The notes below the pieces were generated by a model that had not been told where the DNA came from, did no database searches, and saw nothing but the letters and a program-made list of their open reading frames with translations. Positions 1 to 8,009 of a stretch of DNA of 39,783 nucleotides are shown here, one piece after another; the stretch's first letter is position 1; each line of letters opens with the position of its first letter. The translations under genes were made by a program, and so were the position numbers. Origin of the DNA: a virus (Duplodnaviria > Caudoviricetes); the IMG/VR virus record IMGVR_UViG_3300031857_000489, positions 1-39,783 of that record. One strand, 5' to 3'.

Positions 1-65
1 ACGGCCACGGCAACTACTACGTCTCAGCGGCGGATCGTATCGGCGTCGCCCTGAGGGTCGAGGAG

Positions 66-175
66 GGTGACCCGGTCGGGGGGGGCCGGGAGATCGTGTC
101 GAAGCTGAAGCCGTCCTGAAGCTGCGAGCGGCTCGGAACTGAAAAGCAAAACCGGCCCCCCCCGACCGGGTCACC
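66..175. repeat. Perfect 24-bp inverted repeat (66-89 and 152-175) with a 62-nt spacer
   Basis: ggtgacccggtcggggggggccgg at 66-89 is the exact reverse complement of ccggccccccccgaccgggtcacc at 152-175. Confidence 0.9.
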
Positions 176-244
176 AATCGGGGGAGCGTCGGCGAGCGGA
201 CGTGCCGCTCGGGCTTAACGCGGCTACGCCGCAAGGGGATTGAG

Positions 245-556
245 ATGAAGCGAGTGCTGTTGTTCTCTGTCGGCGGCTACCACCCTTCGACGGGCGAATT
301 GTCGTACTCAAACTATCAGGGATTTTCATCGGCCAGCGCGGCCGACGCATGGAAATCCACTCAATTAGGATGGTCGAGTCAAGAAACAATTAGCCATCCA
401 GCCGATGCAGTGCCGCTGCGACCAGGATTGCCACTTGGTAGCCTCGTTTATTGGGACACGGTCGGCGGAAAGAGCCATTTCGGTTGGCTCAAAGAGTACG
501 ACAACGGGACGGCTATGATTCGCATGGACGAACAGACTCGCGCTGTTCGTGCGTAA
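245..556 (+). CDS. Hypothetical protein, 103 aa
   Basis: ATG preceded by AAGGGGA; ordinary amino-acid composition; converges on the minus-strand block. Confidence 0.5.
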   Translation: MKRVLLFSVGGYHPSTGELSYSNYQGFSSASAADAWKSTQLGWSSQETISHPADAVPLRPGLPLGSLVYWDTVGGKSHFGWLKEYDNGTAMIRMDEQTRAVRA

Positions 557-755
557 TGGCCCACACTAGCATGCCCCCAGGCTAGGCATTGCAGTATTTC
601 CCTTTGTTTTTCGGCATGTTTTCGTAGCCTTTCTTGGATGTGTTCCGGGCGGCGACGAGGCTACGGCCCGGAGCCTGGCCGTCAACGAGATCCGCGGCTT
701 GTGCAACAGAGCAGACAGAGAGGACGGAGCAGACACTGAACTGTGGCGCTCCTCT

Positions 756-1169
756 CTAGTGGAGCGAATGTTTGGCTCGAATTCGCTTGGCGGCGCTAAA
801 TTGCGTAGACCAGCGTTGCGGATCGCGCCGCGCGACACCCGCCACAACCACCTCTTCGGCCAGAAGGAGGACTTCGAGGACGGCGCCGGCCTTCGTTCCA
901 TGCTCTGGGCAGTCGCTCTGCGGATCAGGACGAGACGGCAGTTTCTCGCACGCGCATTCGTCGCAGGTCAATGCCATAACTCCGACCGAGTCGAGCTTCC
1001 AGACGGTGGTGTAATGGCGCCATGCCGATTGTGGGTCGACAGAGTCGCCGTCGTATGCCGACAGGAGCTTCTGATCTTTCGGCGTGGGTCGGAATGCCTG
1101 TGAAGTGACGTTTCCCGCTTGAACGAACGATGGGTGAATCTGGCGTAGCAAGAGAGTTGCGCCGGTCAT
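756..1169 (-). CDS. Hypothetical protein, possibly ART/RES-like toxin fold; C-terminus may be truncated or fused
   Basis: LLRQIHP...SQAFRP...LSAYDG...PEH pattern; ATGA-coupled to the upstream gene; sequence after PEH looks unrelated. Confidence 0.5.
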   Translation of the reverse strand: MTGATLLLRQIHPSFVQAGNVTSQAFRPTPKDQKLLSAYDGDSVDPQSAWRHYTTVWKLDSVGVMALTCDECACEKLPSRPDPQSDCPEHGTKAGAVLEVLLLAEEVVVAGVARRDPQRWSTQFSAAKRIRAKHSLH

Positions 1170-1813
1170 TGTGTCGCCCCAAATCGGCGAAGTTTATCCG
1201 AAACCGTCTTCCAATTACCGTCATCGGAAAGTAGTATGGTCTCGCTATGATCGTCATCAGTGGCAAGTTCGAGTACGTGCCACTCACCGATCTTCTTCTC
1301 AACGTCGATTTCGAGTGAAATGTCAAAGTCGTCCAAAGACCATTCCGCGCGGACCATACCTTCCGGAGTAGGGTAGAGGAACGGGAGACGAAGATCATGG
1401 TCATAGTGACCTTCGATTGCCAACATCAACCAAGTCAATCCGTTCGAGTCGATGGCGCGGCCTTGGCCGTTATACCAGCCCGGTTTCAATAATTGGGACA
1501 ATTCGGCCAGACGCACGCCAACGTCGAGCGCGGCCGGACTTGCACCCGGCACGCAAACGGGGCGGCGGGCCTTTTCTTCGAGGGGATCATTCCACACCCC
1601 GCGCCAGCGGCAACCGTCGCCGTGACAGCGCACCGTGTCTAGCACGACGATTTCGCCGCCGTCGGTCTCAGCCGTGTCGCGGCCGAAAAAGTGACTGCCG
1701 CAACGCGGGCAGGTGAAATCCATGGTCGCCTCGAAAATTCCTACGGTGCCGGCGTCGACTTCGACGGACGGCGGCACGAGTGCGTCGTCGTCCGTGGCGA
1801 GGACGGACTGCAC
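1166..1813 (-). CDS. Hypothetical protein: N-terminal Cys-rich (CPRC...C..C) part plus a C-terminal GWxxxxG/PxxxPTPEG...EW domain
   Basis: ORF track and motifs read by eye; looks chimeric. Confidence 0.55.
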   Translation of the reverse strand: MQSVLATDDDALVPPSVEVDAGTVGIFEATMDFTCPRCGSHFFGRDTAETDGGEIVVLDTVRCHGDGCRWRGVWNDPLEEKARRPVCVPGASPAALDVGVRLAELSQLLKPGWYNGQGRAIDSNGLTWLMLAIEGHYDHDLRLPFLYPTPEGMVRAEWSLDDFDISLEIDVEKKIGEWHVLELATDDDHSETILLSDDGNWKTVSDKLRRFGATQ

Positions 1814-1846
1814 CGGATCAAAGACGGCATGTACTCTTTATAGCTC

Positions 1847-2410
1847 CTATGGCCACACCCCCGGCCACTGACACGCGAACCACGCCTGATCCCCCACCAG
1901 CCGCCGAGCCGTCGCCAACGCCTCCCGCTTGCACTCCGCCGAATTCCCCGGCCAGCGAGCCGTCTTGACCGCCGACCAATACAGCCGCAGCCGCGACACC
2001 CGACCGATCTCGTCGTCGACCTGGTCCGTCACAATCGCGTATTCGCGGATCGCGGCCAGTTCCCGGAGCCGTTGATCGCAGAGCACCAGCCCCGCCTCCG
2101 CTTGCCACGCGAACGGCAAGTAGCCAACGTCGTCGAGTTCCGGCAAGCCGGCCACGCGATCGATTGCCGCACGACACCAGAGAATCTCTTGCCTGATCCG
2201 CGTGTCTGACCAGTGGTCCTTGTCCACGGCCGAGAGCCAGAGTTCGTGTCGTTGCCAGAATCGCTCGACAGCATGGCCGACGCCGGGCGGGAAGGTTTCG
2301 GGGAGCGGGCCGTCGCCCATGACCCACAGTTCGACGACCGCATCCGCCGCGTCGGGTGGCATGACAGGCGGGGAGATACTAAGAGCCAGGACGATCGCCC
2401 ATGCGTTCAT
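1847..2410 (-). CDS. Hypothetical protein with a signal-peptide-like N-terminus
   Basis: MNAWAIVLALSISPP; ATGA overlap with the upstream ORF. Confidence 0.6.
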   Translation of the reverse strand: MNAWAIVLALSISPPVMPPDAADAVVELWVMGDGPLPETFPPGVGHAVERFWQRHELWLSAVDKDHWSDTRIRQEILWCRAAIDRVAGLPELDDVGYLPFAWQAEAGLVLCDQRLRELAAIREYAIVTDQVDDEIGRVSRLRLYWSAVKTARWPGNSAECKREALATARRLVGDQAWFACQWPGVWP

Positions 2411-2592
2411 GGCTCAACCCCCTGGCCGCAGGTCCGGCACAAATCACGGGGAGGACGGCGGAAGTCGTCGAGCGCGACCCGCTGTTCGAGCCGTTCGAGC
2501 AGTCGGGCGAGATGCAATTTGAGGGCGTGCCGATCGGGAATCCGGTCGACGATCGCGGCCATTTCGACGTGGGCTTCCTGCCAATGGTCCAT
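2407..2592 (-). CDS. Small hypothetical protein (MDHWQEAH..., C-terminal CxxC)
   Basis: ATG at 2592 preceded by GGAGG; in frame with track ORF 2407..2700. Confidence 0.55.
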   Translation of the reverse strand: MDHWQEAHVEMAAIVDRIPDRHALKLHLARLLERLEQRVALDDFRRPPRDLCRTCGQGVEP

Positions 2593-2594
2593 GG

Positions 2595-2759
2595 TTAGAC
2601 CTCCGGTCGACACTCCTTGCACGGCTCGCCGCAGAATTCGCGCGTCCCCCAGCACAACCAGCATTCGGCTTCCGGCTTCGGAGTCGTTGACGACTGCCAC
2701 AGGGCCAACGCGACAACTCCGACCGCGACACCGGCCAGGAAAACGAGCACGATCAGCAT
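2595..2759 (-). CDS. 54-aa membrane-anchored Zn-finger-like protein (below the ORF-track cutoff)
   Basis: Manual translation: MLIVLVFLAGVAVGVVALALWQ...CWLCWGTREFCGEPCKECRPEV; GAGGTGG upstream. Confidence 0.55.
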   Translation of the reverse strand: MLIVLVFLAGVAVGVVALALWQSSTTPKPEAECWLCWGTREFCGEPCKECRPEV

Positions 2760-3046
2760 TTCACCACCTCATCGCTGTCTCGGTCCATCACCGCGCCGCA
2801 CCTCGGGCACGTTCCGCAGCGGGTGTAGTTGTCGCTGCCGGCGGGCTTCGCACCGCGCGCACCGATCGCGACCGAACACCGCAACCGCTCGGCGGCATTG
2901 TCTGCAAGGACGGTCGGATGGGTGGATAGCTGCCGGTAGAGCCACAGCGTCACGTCGCGGTCAAGTGTGATGGGGTTGTCTGGACGGTCGAGATCGCGAA
3001 TCGTCACGCCTCCGCCAGGATCGATCTTGTAATGCCAGTCGGTCAT
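2753..3046 (-). CDS. Hypothetical protein with a C-terminal CPRC Zn-ribbon
   Basis: Likely start MTDWHYKID at 3046 after GAGGGA. Confidence 0.5.
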   Translation of the reverse strand: MTDWHYKIDPGGGVTIRDLDRPDNPITLDRDVTLWLYRQLSTHPTVLADNAAERLRCSVAIGARGAKPAGSDNYTRCGTCPRCGAVMDRDSDEVVKC

Positions 3047-3078
3047 CGGTGGTCCCTCACATTGCTGCCGAATCGACG

Positions 3079-3462
3079 TCACGCTTGAGCCTCCTTGAAG
3101 TCGGCGTAACTCTCTCGGAGCGACGCTTCGCGGCGGTCGATGCGGGCGCGCTGCTCGGCGATCAAAGCAAGGCCATGAGCGAATGCGGCGTCGATGCTGG
3201 CGAAAAGCCTTAGCGTGTCGTTATGGCCGCCGTGCAGATAGAACACGCCGCCGGTGTCGAGTTGGATGTTCCAACCGCTGCCGAGGATTCCGTTGGTGCG
3301 ACGCACATCAACGACGACCGCCGAATACAATCGCACGCAGACGAGATCTGTCGCCGCGAGCCAGTAAACCGTCTGACCCACGACGAACGGTTCCGCGTCA
3401 CATCCCACACCAGCGCCGCGAGCAGGGCCAGAGCCATCAATCCTGTAATTCCAGTCGGTCAT
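3079..3462 (-). CDS. Hypothetical protein
   Basis: Likely start MTDWNYRID at 3462 after GAGGT; C-terminal coiled coil. Confidence 0.5.
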   Translation of the reverse strand: MTDWNYRIDGSGPARGAGVGCDAEPFVVGQTVYWLAATDLVCVRLYSAVVVDVRRTNGILGSGWNIQLDTGGVFYLHGGHNDTLRLFASIDAAFAHGLALIAEQRARIDRREASLRESYADFKEAQA

Positions 3463-3475
3463 CGGTGGTAGTACC

Positions 3476-3709
3476 TCACAACCCCAGCGGCCAATCCTTG
3501 CGAATCGATGTAATCTGCACGACCTCGACGTTCTCCGCGAACCGTCGCCACGCTTCACGATCCCGGCGATCGTCCCACAGTTCGAGCACGAATTTCGACG
3601 CCCAAATCACGCGACTATCGAACAGGGCTTTCCGCCCGTTGTTTTTCGTCAGCGCGAAGTATGGCCGGAAGTCGACGCCGCACCGCCGGAAGTCGTAGAG
3701 GGTTTGCAT
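3476..3709 (-). CDS. Hypothetical protein
   Basis: ATG at 3709 (MQTLYDFRR) preceded by GGAGG. Confidence 0.5.
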   Translation of the reverse strand: MQTLYDFRRCGVDFRPYFALTKNNGRKALFDSRVIWASKFVLELWDDRRDREAWRRFAENVEVVQITSIRKDWPLGL

Positions 3710-3796
3710 TGTTCGGCCTCCAAATCGCCACGCCCCATCGGTCATACCGCACGCTTTTCGCAACGCCGAACCAGATCGGCATGTCGGGAAGGTCGA

Positions 3797-4057
3797 TCAT
3801 TTCTTGCCCTTCTTCGCGGCCGGCGTGATTCGGTACACGTCGACCGGCTGCATTCTCCCCGTGATCGCCTGGCGAGGCTCGCGGCGGTGATGCATCCGGC
3901 CGGCTGCTTGCGCCAGTCGAAGGATTTTTCGGACACGCTCGATCGAGACATTCCACGCCGCCGCAAGCTCGGGCGTCGTCAGAAAACCTTCGGTTGGCGT
4001 CGCGTCCTGGCCGAGTTCGGCGAGCAGTTCGTCGATGGTGATTGATTCCAGCTTCAT
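3797..4057 (-). CDS. Small winged-helix/HTH DNA-binding protein
   Basis: Start MKLESITIDEL at 4057 (ATGA overlap); LTTPELAAAWNVSIERVRKILR HTH pattern. Confidence 0.6.
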   Translation of the reverse strand: MKLESITIDELLAELGQDATPTEGFLTTPELAAAWNVSIERVRKILRLAQAAGRMHHRREPRQAITGRMQPVDVYRITPAAKKGKK

Positions 4058-4914
4058 GCGACAGCACTCCGGGCCACGGTTTGAACGAAAGAACGACAGA
4101 ACAATTCCCCATGCGCGTATCGCAGAACGATCCCGCCGAATTGCGGGGTCGCCAGACGGGCGCCGGGAATTTTCCACGCAAACGGTGTCTTGCCCTGCCA
4201 GGCCGGCGTCACGACCGCCAGAGCCCGGCCGATGTTGCCGTCGGCCTGACCGGTCGCGCAAGTGATTTCGATGTGCCGATGACGATGGGAACGGACGATA
4301 CAATCGGGCGGCCGTTGCCCCCATCGCGCCGCCTCGACGAACGATTCCGTCAGTTCCTTGTGGACTGCCGTCGCTTCGTAGGCCGCGCTGCCGGTCGTGC
4401 CGACGTGGTGGAGCGCGTGAATCAGCTTCGGGCCAACCATCTTCCACAGGTCGTACCTGGCGTGCTGTCCGAGTTCGTTCGGAATCGCCCCGAGCCGTTT
4501 CGCGACCCGTTCCTCTTCGACGGCCGACTTGCCGACGTGGGCCTCGGTGCCGCGAATGTGATAGTACCGCCCGTCACACGCCGCGACGACCGGCTTGAGC
4601 ACGCTCACCGCGAGATTGCCCTGGTCTTCGAGGTTGTTGCTGATTTGCGTTGTTGAGCCGTGATGTACGCCGTCGATCGCGTCTCCGTTGTGCAAGACGG
4701 CGAACGGCTCGCCGCGAGTCGCCTCGGGAACAAACTCGTCCCAAAAATGCCGCCAGAACGCCCAAAGCTTGAGTTGGAGAGCGGACGGCTTGTATTGGCC
4801 GCCGTCGTCCAGTTCGACGCCTTCGGGCGGGCAGAGTGCGACGCGGCAGCCGAAATGTGTGTCACTGATGACGACGAGATTATTAATCGTCTCGACGGGC
4901 TTCTTTCGCGGCAT
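4054..4914 (-). CDS. Calcineurin-like metallophosphoesterase
   Basis: VISDTHFG (DxH), NGDAIDG (GDxxD), RGTEAH, HH and SHRH (GHxH-like) motifs in the expected order. Confidence 0.85.
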   Translation of the reverse strand: MPRKKPVETINNLVVISDTHFGCRVALCPPEGVELDDGGQYKPSALQLKLWAFWRHFWDEFVPEATRGEPFAVLHNGDAIDGVHHGSTTQISNNLEDQGNLAVSVLKPVVAACDGRYYHIRGTEAHVGKSAVEEERVAKRLGAIPNELGQHARYDLWKMVGPKLIHALHHVGTTGSAAYEATAVHKELTESFVEAARWGQRPPDCIVRSHRHRHIEITCATGQADGNIGRALAVVTPAWQGKTPFAWKIPGARLATPQFGGIVLRYAHGELFCRSFVQTVARSAVA

Positions 4915-4926
4915 CGATGCCCCCTA

Positions 4927-5169
4927 CTATCGGTCGAGACCGTATTTCGTTTCTTGGACGTCTTCCATCGCGCCGGCCCCGCGCCATCGCGGATTTCCTT
5001 CGCGAAACCGCCCGCAGCCCGAGCGGTCTTCGTCGCTGAGCCGGCATCGCCAGCACGTCAGAAAGACGCCGTCGCTGAGGAATTCACGGCCGCATTTGCA
5101 GGGCACGATGCCGAGAGCGGAGCGGTCGATTTCGTCGGGAAAACTGGTCCAGTCAGGCATGGGATTCAC
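4927..5169 (-). CDS. Small Cys-rich hypothetical protein
   Basis: GTG at 5169 overlaps the upstream TGA; CKCG...CWRC. Confidence 0.45.
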   Translation of the reverse strand: MNPMPDWTSFPDEIDRSALGIVPCKCGREFLSDGVFLTCWRCRLSDEDRSGCGRFREGNPRWRGAGAMEDVQETKYGLDR

Positions 5170-5561
5170 CGCCGCCATTGCCGGATGAATTCGAGAACCT
5201 TCGCGATGTCGTCGCGGTAACGAATGAGCAGCATGAGGACCATGAAAATCGGCATCCCGGCCGCGCGGGCCTCTTGCTCGACGTCTTGGGGGATGACGCC
5301 AGCCATCGCCATGTCGCCCGTCGCCATCATCGGCATCGGAGCGGCTTCGGCCTGGGATTTGGCTGCGATTCGCCCGCGAACGTAGGTCACGACAATCGTC
5401 ACCGCGCCGACGAGGGCGATGGCCGACGTCACAATGGTTGTGAGCGCTCCTTCGAGAGTCGCCTTGTCCGCGCTGGACACGACGCCGAGAGCGACGGCGA
5501 AGGCAAGGACGTTGCCGATCAAGCTGAGCCAGAATTCGGTGGTTTTGATGCCTGGTTTCAT
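5166..5561 (-). CDS. Holin-like membrane protein
   Basis: MKPGIKTTEFWL followed by two hydrophobic helices and a third near the C-terminus; GGAG RBS. Confidence 0.6.
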   Translation of the reverse strand: MKPGIKTTEFWLSLIGNVLAFAVALGVVSSADKATLEGALTTIVTSAIALVGAVTIVVTYVRGRIAAKSQAEAAPMPMMATGDMAMAGVIPQDVEQEARAAGMPIFMVLMLLIRYRDDIAKVLEFIRQWRR

Positions 5562-5600
5562 TGCGGTCTCCAAAAAAGTGCGGCATCCATGCCGCAGGGT

Positions 5601-5864
5601 CTAGCGGACGATCGTGCATTGACCGTTGACGCAGTTCATGCGGACGGCGGCTGGCGCCGGTTGATTTGCGGTCGGGCGAATCGAGGGCGGAGCAACCCGC
5701 ACGGACGACGCCGCCGCGGGCGAGACGGACGCCGGAGCGTAGCTGACGGACCGCCGAGCCGAGCCGCAACGCCCGCCGCGGCGGAACAGGCGACAGAACA
5801 AGCCGGCTTCGGCGACAGACGCCAGCGCCAGAAGAACGGCCACGACAAGAGCCAATCGACGCAT
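5601..5864 (-). CDS. Small secreted protein with C-terminal CxNGxC
   Basis: Signal peptide MRRLALVVAVLLALASVAEA; ends MNCVNGQCTIVR; GGAG RBS. Confidence 0.65.
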   Translation of the reverse strand: MRRLALVVAVLLALASVAEAGLFCRLFRRGGRCGSARRSVSYAPASVSPAAASSVRVAPPSIRPTANQPAPAAVRMNCVNGQCTIVR

Positions 5865-5880
5865 TGTAATCTCCGTGAAA

Positions 5881-6714
5881 TCACGCCGCGAACGCGACGG
5901 TCAACGCGACCGCCGAATCAGGGCGCATCCTCTGGCCGGTGATCCGGCCCACTCCGTTGTCTCCGTAATTCACCCAAGAGTTCAGGATGTCCAGGGCATA
6001 GCGGTTGTGGATGTCCCGTTTGTTCGCGGTTCGCTTGGTGTCGACGAATCGCAGGCCGAGCACGGAATGGGTCCACCAGTTGAATTCAACGGGCGTCGGC
6101 ACGTTGTCGATGAGCAGCGTGAAAACCTGTTCGATCGACAGATTGCGTAGGCCAGGGTGCTTGCCGGCGTCCCACCATCCTTCAGAAATGCGGTTCTTGG
6201 CGGCCTCGATCGCCGTCGACGGAGTCCACAGCGACGGACTCGCGTTCCCCTGCGGCCAGAGCGATTGAGGGGCGACGCCATGCGTCATCATGCGGTCGAA
6301 CGCCAGCGCCGCCCACGCGCCCTCATTGCGGCCATTTTTGATCGGCCCAGCGACGGAAAATGCCGACAAAGGGACGTAAGGCTGATTCGCGACCGCCCGC
6401 TGAAGCATCAGGGCGTGAACCGCCGAATGGGCCCAGCAGTAGCCGTAGCGTCCTTGGTCGAGGTACGGAATCGGCCCGCCGTTCGGCCCGCGGCGGTTTC
6501 GGATGTGCCAAAGGCTTGACTGCTTCGCCTCTTGCTCGGCGAGCAGCTCCGGCCACGTGTCGACGTCGTAGGTCTTGAGCAGCGACGGCGACGCCCCGTA
6601 GGCAGGCTGGACGGCGACGTCACGCTCGACGTAGCCGTGCCCGAGTCCGTTGATGGCCTGCGACTCGATCGGCGTCGTGTCGTCAATGATCCATTTCGGG
6701 TCCATGTCACTCAT
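5881..6714 (-). CDS. Papain-like (C1 family) cysteine peptidase
   Basis: DQGRYGYCWAH (oxyanion Gln and catalytic Cys), THSVLG (His), ILNSW...GDNG (Asn). Confidence 0.85.
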   Translation of the reverse strand: MSDMDPKWIIDDTTPIESQAINGLGHGYVERDVAVQPAYGASPSLLKTYDVDTWPELLAEQEAKQSSLWHIRNRRGPNGGPIPYLDQGRYGYCWAHSAVHALMLQRAVANQPYVPLSAFSVAGPIKNGRNEGAWAALAFDRMMTHGVAPQSLWPQGNASPSLWTPSTAIEAAKNRISEGWWDAGKHPGLRNLSIEQVFTLLIDNVPTPVEFNWWTHSVLGLRFVDTKRTANKRDIHNRYALDILNSWVNYGDNGVGRITGQRMRPDSAVALTVAFAA

Positions 6715-7523
6715 CGCTGGAAAACCCCCTTGATCGTGTCGAGAATTTTCCCGCCGTCAGGCAGCGGCCCCGCGAAGCTGTTCTTGCCGTCGGTGACAAT
6801 GAGCCGCGGTAGCACGTCGGCCTTGATCTTCATCGCATCTTGCCACCATGGCGGCGCGTTTTCGAGCCCCTGAATGTCCGGGTCATACATCCGCCATGCC
6901 GGCCAGCCGTTCTCCTTGACGCACGTTGCGTTGAGGTAAGTTTCCATCGCCGCCGATCCGAGCTCCGACACCTGGCTCGGCGTCAGCTTCGCGCCGGTGG
7001 GAGTTCTCTCGAACACGATCAGCACTCGCGGCCCATCGCTGGGGATGACGTCTGGTTTTGGTTCGGGCGGTTTCGGCGGGGTCGGCGGCTTTGGTTCTGG
7101 CGGCTCGGGCGTCGGCGGAGGCAGCGGAGCCAGCCCCATATCCGCCAGGATCCAAATGACCGGGCCAACGCCCTTGTGCTCGCATTGCAATCCCAGGTAG
7201 CAATTCTCCGCAACCTGCGATCGGCGAGACAGTAGGACGTCGTTGCCGAATTGCTCGACCTGAAGATGCTTGGAGTTGCCGGGATACTCCACGACTCGAA
7301 CCGCGCCGATCGTCTTCAGCGGCACGCGAATCATGCCCCGATCCGGAATCACGACCTTGTCCGCGACGATGAGCGGCCGGTCGTCAGTCGGTTCGACAAG
7401 CGGCTTCGGTTCGGGCGGTGCGGGCGGGGTTGAGTCCGGCAGTGTTCGCCACGTGCTCCATCCGCCGAGCAGCAGCGCCAGGGCGATGCCGGCTGCGGTC
7501 AGGTAGGTTTTGATTTGGTCCAT
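6711..7523 (-). CDS. Membrane-anchored proline-rich protein, 270 aa
   Basis: Start MDQIKTYL at 7523 (TGATG overlap); N-terminal TM helix; PEPKP-type linkers. Confidence 0.7.
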   Translation of the reverse strand: MDQIKTYLTAAGIALALLLGGWSTWRTLPDSTPPAPPEPKPLVEPTDDRPLIVADKVVIPDRGMIRVPLKTIGAVRVVEYPGNSKHLQVEQFGNDVLLSRRSQVAENCYLGLQCEHKGVGPVIWILADMGLAPLPPPTPEPPEPKPPTPPKPPEPKPDVIPSDGPRVLIVFERTPTGAKLTPSQVSELGSAAMETYLNATCVKENGWPAWRMYDPDIQGLENAPPWWQDAMKIKADVLPRLIVTDGKNSFAGPLPDGGKILDTIKGVFQR

Positions 7524-7837
7524 CAGCCAGCATCCCCCGGTTCCGTGCCGCATCCGAGGCCACGCAACTCGCACGTTCGTTTCAGTTCGGCGATATTGGC
7601 GGCGGTGCTCGCCCCGGTCCTTTCGATCGCTTCGAGCGACCGCGTCTGTTTTTCCAGGTTGTCCGAAAACGTGTCCACATTTCGCTCGACCTTGTCGAGG
7701 AACTGAAACGCGCGGTCTCGCGACGGGAGCACAATGTCTCGCCACGCGGCAGCGGCGGCTTTCCAGGCTGCAATGGCGAACCCGGCCAGAAGCAGGGTGG
7801 GCAGCCCATAGCGGGCCGCGATTTCCATGGTCTCCAT
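7523..7837 (-). CDS. TM plus coiled-coil protein (holin/spanin-like position)
   Basis: YGLPTLLLAGFAIAAW helix followed by a heptad-like region. Confidence 0.6.
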   Translation of the reverse strand: METMEIAARYGLPTLLLAGFAIAAWKAAAAAWRDIVLPSRDRAFQFLDKVERNVDTFSDNLEKQTRSLEAIERTGASTAANIAELKRTCELRGLGCGTEPGDAG

Positions 7838-7841
7838 CCCA

Positions 7842-7976
7842 CTACCCTTTCTTCCTGTTGACGTCGTAAGCGTCCTGAATCAGCATCGGAACCAACAACC
7901 ACCACATCAGCGGCGAAAAATCCCAGCCGGTCACGAGACCGTAGATTGCCAAAATTCCCAGCCACCAAATCGTCAT
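7842..7976 (-). CDS. 44-aa hydrophobic peptide (below the track cutoff)
   Basis: Manual translation MTIWWLGILAIYGLVTGWDFSPLMWWLLVPMLIQDAYDVNRKKG; AAGGGGA RBS; fills the intergenic gap. Confidence 0.5.
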   Translation of the reverse strand: MTIWWLGILAIYGLVTGWDFSPLMWWLLVPMLIQDAYDVNRKKG

Positions 7977-8009
7977 TGTGTCCCCTTCCGTCTTCGAATC
8001 ATCACCACA

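Noticed and set aside
90-151. Hammerhead-like ribozyme from CTGA...GAAA words
   Set aside because: The core CUGAnGA is not matched (CUGAAGC) and the required stems were not found
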